From a virus, in IMG/VR virus record IMGVR_UViG_3300034418_006037, positions 1 to 64,000 of that record: DNA of 64,000 nucleotides; one strand, written 5' to 3'. Position 1 is the first letter of the stretch. Every line of letters starts with the position of its first letter. A program made the translations under genes and the position numbers. Shown one piece after another: positions 1 to 6,629 of the stretch. Below the pieces are notes generated by a model, which was not told the origin of the DNA, ran no database searches, and worked only from the letters and a program-made list of their open reading frames with translations.

Positions 1-26
1 GTCAGAGGAGTTTGATTGAATTGCCA

Positions 27-347
27 TTAGTCTTGTATTTCGGATTGGTTGTCTTCAGTTTTTGGATCTTGAGTATCGTCAATCAAGGTTACACGGATAG
101 TCTTGTACGTCTTCACACGTAGACCTTTCAGCTTCGGGTGAGAGAATATATCCTTCGCCTCTGCTATTGTCAGTCCATACTTCTTCCTGATCTCATCACG
201 AGTCATCCCATCCTCTTTGAGGTGCTTGATGAGCTGCGAAATGGTCAGGGTTTGAGGTGTCTCCTCCTGTGTCGAGTTAGTCTCGACATCTACTCTTGCG
301 TCAATAGACATTTGTTTGGGGTTTAGTCGATAAAGATTTTGCTCCAA
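27..347 (-). CDS. hypothetical protein, possible small HTH DNA-binding protein
   Basis: ORF in the replication operon; helical segment GMTRDEIRKKYGLTIAEAKDIF looks HTH-like; true start may be the Met near 311. Confidence 0.55.
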   Translation of the reverse strand: MEQNLYRLNPKQMSIDARVDVETNSTQEETPQTLTISQLIKHLKEDGMTRDEIRKKYGLTIAEAKDIFSHPKLKGLRVKTYKTIRVTLIDDTQDPKTEDNQSEIQD

Positions 348-1060
348 TCCAATTCAGCATCCAGGCCACGTAGATGCTCACAGCGGGAGCCTGCTGTGTC
401 GTCGTTTGTAGAATCGAACGATATTCTGGTTTTACCCTCTCCATGGTACACATAACCAATGGCATCTGCATTGGCACAGGCTATCTCACGAAGCTTGCCG
501 GACAGTGACAAGTCGTTAGCCTTCACCTCTTTACCATTCTTGGTAAGGTATTTATCCTTGAGGTGACCAACAAAGATGACATGGTCTGCAAGCTTGGAGA
601 GATTGAAGAACCACTTCATGAAAGCCTTACGAAGGTACAGGTAACCAGCACCTTGGGGCAGAGTAAGGACAGACAATCCCTTGTTATCGGAATCGAAGTT
701 CTTACCCATAGGTGTGGCCTTGTACAGTTTCTTTGCTTCTTCTTCACACCACACCTCGAGCTGTGTGATAGTGTCGATAGCAATATACTTGTATGGCTTT
801 TCTTCTTGCATGATTTGCTTACCTATCTTACCTAGGTCAGCAATAGAATTTACTTTGATCTTGAGTGCGTCCACCATATCGCTCCCGTCCTCGAGATCGA
901 TGATGAGACAGCCCTCAAGCTGTGACAATGCTGTGGTCTTACCGATCTTGGGAGGACCATAGATTATCATGTTCTTAGGTGATTTGCGTGTGGCTTTAAC
1001 CACCTTCTTGGGAAGTGCTAGTTCGCTCATTAATTGTAAAGGTTGATAGATCAGTTTCAA
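323..1060 (-). CDS. Sak4-like / AAA_24 P-loop ATPase (ssDNA annealing/recombination)
   Basis: Walker A GPPKIGKT, Walker B IAIDT, ~235 aa, next to DnaB; true start probably MSELALP (~1030). Confidence 0.8.
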   Translation of the reverse strand: MKLIYQPLQLMSELALPKKVVKATRKSPKNMIIYGPPKIGKTTALSQLEGCLIIDLEDGSDMVDALKIKVNSIADLGKIGKQIMQEEKPYKYIAIDTITQLEVWCEEEAKKLYKATPMGKNFDSDNKGLSVLTLPQGAGYLYLRKAFMKWFFNLSKLADHVIFVGHLKDKYLTKNGKEVKANDLSLSGKLREIACANADAIGYVYHGEGKTRISFDSTNDDTAGSRCEHLRGLDAELDWSKIFID

Positions 1061-1979
1061 AGGGTATCATCCCGAGCAAACCATCGCGGTTTTTCTCTAC
1101 GTGGACAGCCATTAAGCCACGTGGATCCTCACCGCAATAGGTGTCAGTGATACCATACAGGTCATAAGGACGCTGCAACATCATGACAACGTGTGCATCC
1201 TGACCAATAGAATCGCCCCCGAACAAGTCGGTCAGCATAGGCTGATATTGATTCTTGGCACGGAACTCTTGCTCAATGTTACGATTGAGCTGAGACAACA
1301 GAATAGTGATAGAGCTGTGCTGCGCTTGCATGTACATACACGTCTTAGACAACTGATTGAGTTTGAGTAACTCGATGTCTAATGTGCTGGGTACAAGGCG
1401 AGAGTGGTCAATCAGATTGATGACAGTAGGATCATGCAATTGTTGCCTAACAGTACGCACTGCCTGCTCTATATCATGTACATCCTGGGGCACGGAACAG
1501 AAGTATATAGGGTATTGCTTATACTTCTGTACAGACTGTACATAATTAGCATAGCCTTCAGATGAAAGCTTACCATCCACTGACAACAGCTCTGCAGTTT
1601 GAAGCTTAGTATGCTTCGAACCTGCACGCAGTATCTGCTGCTCACCAGGCATCTCGAAGCTCCAGTACAATACAATGACATTCTTGTCATGGTTCTTGTC
1701 TAGAACATCGAAGATGAGCTGGTTAGAAAAGGCTGATTTACCCACACCGGGTCTCCCAGCTATAACATACATCTTACCGGGCTGCAATCCCCCCATAAGA
1801 TTACGGTTAAGTCTATTCCACTGAGTAGAAAAGACTTTCCTATTACCCTCTCGAGCATCTACCACATTCTCAATAGACTTGTCTACTGATTTAGATATAT
1901 GCTCAAGCCCTAGAGGCAGTATCAGCTTAGAGTTGGCGGGTAATTCTTCTGTCTTGGTCGTCTGTTCTTCCGACATCAA
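996..1979 (-). CDS. dnaB: DnaB-like replicative helicase (ATPase domain only)
   Basis: AGRPGVGKS, SFEM, IDH, LSQLNR, SIGQDAHVV and KNRDG are the DnaB family motifs. Confidence 0.92.
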   Translation of the reverse strand: MMSEEQTTKTEELPANSKLILPLGLEHISKSVDKSIENVVDAREGNRKVFSTQWNRLNRNLMGGLQPGKMYVIAGRPGVGKSAFSNQLIFDVLDKNHDKNVIVLYWSFEMPGEQQILRAGSKHTKLQTAELLSVDGKLSSEGYANYVQSVQKYKQYPIYFCSVPQDVHDIEQAVRTVRQQLHDPTVINLIDHSRLVPSTLDIELLKLNQLSKTCMYMQAQHSSITILLSQLNRNIEQEFRAKNQYQPMLTDLFGGDSIGQDAHVVMMLQRPYDLYGITDTYCGEDPRGLMAVHVEKNRDGLLGMIPFETDLSTFTINERTSTSQEGG

Positions 1980-2481
1980 TGTCTTCGTATTGCTCCCACG
2001 TATGCTGGTTTACCCATGTCTGTAACATCTGCATATACTCAAGACTGTTGTTGCTCTTACGAAACTCTAGCTCGTTCTTGAGACAGTTAACAATCTTGTT
2101 ATGCTTTGCTACATTCTTCCCAATCACCTTGTGATAAGCTTTCTTCGCCTTCTGGTTGTTACGAGCGTCGGCATCCTTTGCGCGTAGAATACGCACATTA
2201 CCTTTCGTATACACCTTTAGAGGAAAGTGGGAGAGGAGTTCAGACCACATCCTATCGAAAGAATCCTCGATATAATCAAGGAATTTCTGTCGTACGACAT
2301 CGTCTTCCACATCCTCTCCCAGCTTAACGTACCCTTCCGTTTGAAGGAACTCAGTGTTTGGCTTGATAGACAACTCACGAATCAAATCGTAAGCTTTGGC
2401 ATGCAAGAGATACAAATATACAAAGTCATCAGCACTTATTCCAAGATCGTTAAGAATATCTGTATCAATTTCTATATGCAT
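1927..2481 (-). CDS. putative replication initiator/helicase-loader-like protein
   Basis: N-terminal wHTH-like region plus C-terminal 'FDRMWS..FPLK...YMQMLQTWVNQHTWE' resembling phage replisome-organizer C-termini; directly upstream of dnaB. Confidence 0.5.
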   Translation of the reverse strand: MHIEIDTDILNDLGISADDFVYLYLLHAKAYDLIRELSIKPNTEFLQTEGYVKLGEDVEDDVVRQKFLDYIEDSFDRMWSELLSHFPLKVYTKGNVRILRAKDADARNNQKAKKAYHKVIGKNVAKHNKIVNCLKNELEFRKSNNSLEYMQMLQTWVNQHTWEQYEDIDVGRTDDQDRRITRQL

Positions 2482-2831
2482 TACTTGTCTGTAAACATAA
2501 TTGTAATCTCAATACCCACGTTGGGCATTTTCATGATCATTTGCTTCGGGGATCCAGCTTCAGGAGCAGCAACTACTTGCTCTACAACTTGTTGAGTAGG
2601 GGGTTTGACTTCAGCCTTGAAGCTATCAGTCTCCCAATCATACCCATTACGTCTAAGCTCATAGCATTTAGCTCTAACACCTTGGTGATTCCCCTTTAGA
2701 TCTGGGTAAACTTCTTCAAGAGCTTTGAGTGCTGCTTTAGAAGCATCTTCTACGCTCTTGTCAGACTTAGATCTTGACTCCCAGAATGTTCTACACATCA
2801 GGGGGTACATCTTAGGCTCGTACTTAGCCAT
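2481..2831 (-). CDS. hypothetical protein, possible Myb/homeodomain-like HTH
   Basis: Translationally coupled ORF; NHQGVRAKCYELR resembles a recognition helix. Confidence 0.55.
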   Translation of the reverse strand: MAKYEPKMYPLMCRTFWESRSKSDKSVEDASKAALKALEEVYPDLKGNHQGVRAKCYELRRNGYDWETDSFKAEVKPPTQQVVEQVVAAPEAGSPKQMIMKMPNVGIEITIMFTDK

Positions 2832-3316
2832 CAGTCCTTGAAGATTACAGTGATCTTCTTGTTAAACCGCAGAGGAATAACAGCCTTCTTAGCACCTTGC
2901 TTACGAAGCTCTTCCACAGCTTCATCCAAAGTCGTGCACCTGCGTGGTTTAGGCTTAGGAGTTTCTTCGAACTCAACTTCAACAGGTGCATACGCATTGG
3001 TTGGGTAACGGCAGTCCATTTGCTTGACTCCAATGTACATCTCTACTCCGTGATACTCTTGAGCATCTTTGAGAGCTGTTATTGGGGACTTCTTGGGTTC
3101 TTCATCCGCCTGCATGCCTCTGTAATAGTAGATATGCATAGGAGGATTAGGGCCTGCCAAGGTAGCCCATCTGTTCCTAATCCCACCTTCAGTTCTAGAC
3201 TTGTCTACACTCTTTAGTTTGAGAGCTGACTTGATTCTAGACCTAACAGTAGCATCCTTAGGGCGATTAGCAATGTGCTTGTAGATAGCTAGATCTTCTT
3301 TTTCCGTATAGTTCAT
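2831..3316 (-). CDS. Myb/SANT-like DNA-binding protein
   Basis: YTEKEDLAI...RTEGGIRNRW matches the Myb-like pattern (W/Y)TxEED...RTxxxxRNRW. Confidence 0.6.
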   Translation of the reverse strand: MNYTEKEDLAIYKHIANRPKDATVRSRIKSALKLKSVDKSRTEGGIRNRWATLAGPNPPMHIYYYRGMQADEEPKKSPITALKDAQEYHGVEMYIGVKQMDCRYPTNAYAPVEVEFEETPKPKPRRCTTLDEAVEELRKQGAKKAVIPLRFNKKITVIFKD

Positions 3317-4494
3317 GAGTTTAAAATTGATGTGAGGTCTTCACGTTTGACATTACTGAGAGTTTTCGTGGCACTCTCTAGCCACTTTTCTTCTTGTGAG
3401 TTAGGGACATACAGGATATAGATTCTACCCCGCTTCCCTTCTTTGAACCTGATGAGTCGACCCACACGCTGTATCATAGACAACGTCTTGGACTCTAGAC
3501 CTGCGATGATACCGACCCCTACATCGGGTACATCGAAGCCTTGATTCAAAGCTTTAGTAGAGCATAGTATACTCGTAGTAGACTTGTTGAACGCTTCAAG
3601 AATCTTTCTGCGTTGTGCTTGTGTCTTACCTGAGTGATACGCAGTAGCCCCAAGCCTATCAGCCATCAGATTTGTAAACTCGTTAGTACCACCGAAGGTC
3701 AGTATCTTGTCTTCGATATGATAGTCAGCAATTTCTTTTGCTGCCTCGAGCTTATTCTCTGCATGCTGAACAACTTGCTTACGCTGCCGTATGGCATTGA
3801 AGAACTGTGCTGCTGCACCTTTGTCACCGGGTGCACCTGCTAGTATAGATTGAGCTTGTTTGAATGCATCAAACCCACCCAGCCTGTACTTCATCTGTAC
3901 AAACAAGTTGTTGGCTTTCTTGTATGCTGCTTGTTCTTCCTCTGTCATCTCCACAGGGATGCAGATGATATCGTACGGAGCTACAAGCCCTAGTTCTACA
4001 CACTCATCAAGAGTAATCTTGTAGCATGTAGGAGCAAGCTCTCCCAATAGTTTCTTGTACTCATCCTCTTCAGGGAGAGTAGCAGTCATACATAGTAGCT
4101 TATCGTAAGTATTCTTTTCAAAGAACTCACGATATACTGGACTCAATCCAAGATGAACCTCATCACATACAACGATGTCATAGTGTTCATTTTCAAGCTT
4201 ATGCGCTGATTGATAGCACAGTATTTCTACACGTGGGAGTATGTCTTCACATCCCCACTTGATGAACTCTTGCTTGAATTGATCCTGTAGTTGTGTGGTG
4301 GGGACTAGAACCAGAGCTCTACCTCCTGATCCAAGGATATGGCGTACAGCAAGGACACCACATCTAGACTTACCAAAACCAGTACCAGCAATAATGCTAC
4401 CAATACCGTTCTGCGTCCACCATGCGTTGAGAGCTTTCCTTTGTTGCTCATCTTTAGTTTTAATCGTTTGGGTTTTCATCAGTAAGTTCTCCAT
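3313..4494 (-). CDS. superfamily 2 (XPB/UvsW-like) helicase
   Basis: GTGFGKS, DEVH, MTAT, QGFDVP and QRVGRLIR motifs. Confidence 0.9.
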   Translation of the reverse strand: MENLLMKTQTIKTKDEQQRKALNAWWTQNGIGSIIAGTGFGKSRCGVLAVRHILGSGGRALVLVPTTQLQDQFKQEFIKWGCEDILPRVEILCYQSAHKLENEHYDIVVCDEVHLGLSPVYREFFEKNTYDKLLCMTATLPEEDEYKKLLGELAPTCYKITLDECVELGLVAPYDIICIPVEMTEEEQAAYKKANNLFVQMKYRLGGFDAFKQAQSILAGAPGDKGAAAQFFNAIRQRKQVVQHAENKLEAAKEIADYHIEDKILTFGGTNEFTNLMADRLGATAYHSGKTQAQRRKILEAFNKSTTSILCSTKALNQGFDVPDVGVGIIAGLESKTLSMIQRVGRLIRFKEGKRGRIYILYVPNSQEEKWLESATKTLSNVKREDLTSILNS

Positions 4495-4714
4495 CTAATA
4501 TTTCTTCTTGAAGTTGCTCTACAAAGTCAATGTCTGGTTCCTCTAAGTCGTACTCCATCTTAATTATTCTGACGCTTGGGGATACACCTGGGCTCCCACT
4601 TCCGTCTGGGTAATAATCTACCCTAGGTTCACCGGGATCAAATTCATACTCAATCCTCAGTGTTCCGTTCCCTAGTTCCGTATTCAATGGGGCTTCCCAA
4701 CTTTTGATACTCAT
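4460..4714 (-). CDS. hypothetical acidic protein
   Basis: Overlaps neighbours in operon; YYPDGSGSPG motif. Confidence 0.6.
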   Translation of the reverse strand: MSIKSWEAPLNTELGNGTLRIEYEFDPGEPRVDYYPDGSGSPGVSPSVRIIKMEYDLEEPDIDFVEQLQEEILDGELTDENPND

Positions 4715-4859
4715 AGTTTAGTTCATTATACATGATTATAAGTCTAACGACTTGACGTTTGAGTGAAGACAAGTCGTTGCGTAGGACTGCTACCTGAGCT
4801 TCCAACAGTTCTGACTTGGCTTCTAAGACCCTCATGGAGTCCTGTGTGTTCGAATCCAT
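4650..4859 (-). CDS. hypothetical coiled-coil protein
   Basis: ATG-started ORF with heptad pattern, overlapping flanking ORFs. Confidence 0.45.
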   Translation of the reverse strand: MDSNTQDSMRVLEAKSELLEAQVAVLRNDLSSLKRQVVRLIIMYNELNYEYQKLGSPIEYGTRERNTED

Positions 4860-5238
4860 ACTTATCTAATTTAGATTCTGCAGTTGATAAACATCTGTGA
4901 TACAAATGGTTAAAGGACTTGTCGACTTTCAACAAACCCTTGGCGGTTTTAGTGTTTGATACTATTGTAGAATGATCTCTCTTTAGAAACTTACCGAGTA
5001 GCTTGACCCTGGTCTGTAGGATCTCTCGGCAAATCAAAGAGAATATCATTCTAGCCATGACTATGTCTTGAAACTTTCGAGTGGAAAAGAATTCATCCTC
5101 TGTTACTTGTGTGACTTCGCACACTACTTGCATTACGCAGTGAAGCTCTCCTTTGTCGAATGTGTTAATCAAGACGATTTCTTGTCGCTGTTCATAGCCA
5201 AGACCAGCGAATACTTGCGGATGTATTACATGTTTCAT
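4744..5238 (-). CDS. stand-alone DnaA C-terminal (domain IV) HTH-like protein
   Basis: S.RKFQDIVMARMIFSLICRE...LGKFLKRDHSTI resembles the DnaA domain IV signature (ARQIAMYL...IG..FG.RDHTTV); ATG at 5238 lies downstream of the tRNA. Confidence 0.75.
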   Translation of the reverse strand: MKHVIHPQVFAGLGYEQRQEIVLINTFDKGELHCVMQVVCEVTQVTEDEFFSTRKFQDIVMARMIFSLICREILQTRVKLLGKFLKRDHSTIVSNTKTAKGLLKVDKSFNHLYHRCLSTAESKLDKYGFEHTGLHEGLRSQVRTVGSSGSSPTQRLVFTQTSSR

Positions 5239-5253
5239 AAAATTTAGAGTGTG

Positions 5254-5327
5254 TGCGCCAGGCAGGATTCGAACCTGCAACCAATCGATTATCCAATCGA
5301 GAACTCTACCAGTTGAGATACTGGCGC
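5254..5327 (-). tRNA. atypical tRNA (Ile(GAU)-like) with 8-nt anticodon loop UUGGAUAA
   Basis: Acceptor GCGCCAG/CTGGCGC, D arm CTC/GAG with TGG loop, T arm GCAGG-TTCGAAT-CCTGC; anticodon arm TCGA-TTGGATAA-TCGA; no encoded CCA. Confidence 0.75.
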
Positions 5328-5332
5328 ATTAA

Positions 5333-5410
5333 AGATCCAATACCCAACACGTTTAAAGGCTGGCTATGGGCGGTGCTACCTACGACCGAGATATTCATCT
5401 CATTGGATCC
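5333..5410 (-). ncRNA. candidate small multibranch RNA between two tRNAs
   Basis: Closing stem GGATCCAAT/ATTGGATCT with internal hairpins GAGAT-GAAT-ATCTC and CCCA/TGGG. Confidence 0.4.
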
Positions 5411-5431
5411 CTTTTATGTTATTTTATTTAG

Positions 5432-5504
5432 TGCGCCCGGTAGGACTTGAACCTACGACCTGCCGATTATGAGTCGGATGCTCTAACCACTGAGCTACGA
5501 GCGC
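5432..5504 (-). tRNA. tRNA with CAU anticodon, most likely Ile2 (lysidine type)
   Basis: Complete cloverleaf GCGCTCG...CCGA-CTCATAA-TCGG...GTAGG-TTCAAGT-CCTAC-CGGGCGC-A; TAGCTCAGTGGTTAGAGCA and CGACTCATAATCG resemble bacterial tRNA-Ile2. Confidence 0.9.
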
Positions 5505-5507
5505 ATA

Positions 5508-5535
5508 GAAAAGGCCACCCACGTTTGGATGGCCC
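5508..5535 (-). terminator. intrinsic terminator-like hairpin
   Basis: GGCCATCC-AAACGT-GGGTGGCC followed by TTTTC on the minus strand. Confidence 0.55.
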
Positions 5536-5577
5536 TTTCACCTTAACCAGATTGCGACGTTTAAGAAGGCGTCACCC

Positions 5578-6072
5578 TTATCCCATATAGTATACTTTTA
5601 CAGAAGCAATGTAACCAGTGAATGCATTCACAGCTTGATCATTTTCAGGATCTTTGACATAAAAAGCTAAGCCATAAGTACTTGACGTAGTAAATGAGAC
5701 TGATATTGTAGACCATTGATCTGCTGTAGGAGTACCTGATTGAAAAGCAAGGCTTCCAATACTTAATTTTGTCCCAGTCCCATCTGTAGGAACATATATC
5801 TCTGCTTCAGCCGTGTATGTTTCTCCTTCAAAGGCTATAGAAGGAGAACGAAGCAAAACATCGTAGAAGCCTGCTACTGAAGTAAACTTAAGAACGTTGT
5901 TTTTGCCTTCGTACGTTACTCCTGCTTCTGTAGTCCATGTACCATTTACTTGGAAAGACCATCCATCTGCATCTTCACTGAAATCAGATTGATACACGTA
6001 CTGTCTAGTCAACTGAGGACCAGCTGATGTAATGACAGGTGAAGATGAAGTAGATAAACCTAGCTTAGGCAT
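5578..6072 (-). CDS. putative virion/carbohydrate-binding (CBM/galactose-binding-like) protein
   Basis: SDFSEDADGW...ETYTAEAEIYVP...DQWSTISVSF beta-sandwich pattern; N-terminal MPKLGLS. Confidence 0.55.
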   Translation of the reverse strand: MPKLGLSTSSSPVITSAGPQLTRQYVYQSDFSEDADGWSFQVNGTWTTEAGVTYEGKNNVLKFTSVAGFYDVLLRSPSIAFEGETYTAEAEIYVPTDGTGTKLSIGSLAFQSGTPTADQWSTISVSFTTSSTYGLAFYVKDPENDQAVNAFTGYIASVKVYYMG

Positions 6073-6248
6073 TACTCCTTAGGAGTCTTGATACGATCTG
6101 AAAAGACCATATTAATAAGTGAATCGATATAACCGAACACTTGGTTGTCTTTCTCGGTCGGAGTGAGATTAACAACCACTTTAATCAATGCCATGAGCGC
6201 AATAATGAGCTCGGCAAGGTTATTCATGATAAATGCTGAAATGTCCAT
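6072..6248 (-). CDS. small membrane protein (holin-like)
   Basis: Hydrophobic helix followed by VVNLTPTEKDN; ATG at 6248 (the longer ORF start lies inside tRNA-Arg). Confidence 0.65.
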   Translation of the reverse strand: MDISAFIMNNLAELIIALMALIKVVVNLTPTEKDNQVFGYIDSLINMVFSDRIKTPKE

Positions 6249-6266
6249 AACAAATTTGTTTAGGTA

Positions 6267-6274
6267 CAAATATA
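6267..6274 (-). promoter_or_regulatory. Bacteroidota sigmaA-type -7 element (TATATTTG)
   Basis: Matches TAnnTTTG ~20 nt upstream of the 6248 start. Confidence 0.55.
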
Positions 6275-6287
6275 TACAAACATTTTG

Positions 6288-6361
6288 TACTCCCGGCGGG
6301 ATTCGAACCCACAACCTACAGCTTAGAAGGCTGTTGCACTATCCGGTTGTGCTACGGGAGC
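6288..6361 (-). tRNA. tRNA-Arg(UCU)
   Basis: GCTCCCG-TA-GCAC/GTGC, ACAGC-CTTCTAA-GCTGT, GTGGG-TTCGAAT-CCCGC, CGGGAGT-A. Confidence 0.93.
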
Positions 6362-6368
6362 TACCTGA

Positions 6369-6629
6369 TTACTCAGGCTTCAGCCTTGTCTCGAGCTGAA
6401 ACTTAGTGTAATCAATCGTAGTGATCTTGGTGATGATATAGATCTTCTTGTTCCCCTCGAACTCAGTCTCCTCAAGCTTCATCTCATCCCCAATACGCTT
6501 AGTATACGTAGGCTTCTTAAGACCATCACGGATAGTCTCATACAAACCTGCGTGGGTGGTGTCTTCATAACGTTCGATAGCGAAGACCGCACCGACAATG
6601 GTTTCATAGATATTCTTCATTTTTCCCAA
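6369..6629 (-). CDS. hypothetical protein
   Basis: ATG ORF coupled to the end of polA; N-terminus MGKMKNIY resembles 8406..8636 (MGRMKEIF). Confidence 0.65.
   Translation of the reverse strand: MGKMKNIYETIVGAVFAIERYEDTTHAGLYETIRDGLKKPTYTKRIGDEMKLEETEFEGNKKIYIITKITTIDYTKFQLETRLKPE

Noticed and set aside
5200-6300. Theta (HDV-like) ribozymes at tRNA 3' ends
   Set aside because: Sequences right after the tRNA 3' ends are AT-rich or lead into genes and do not show the nested double-pseudoknot pattern by eye
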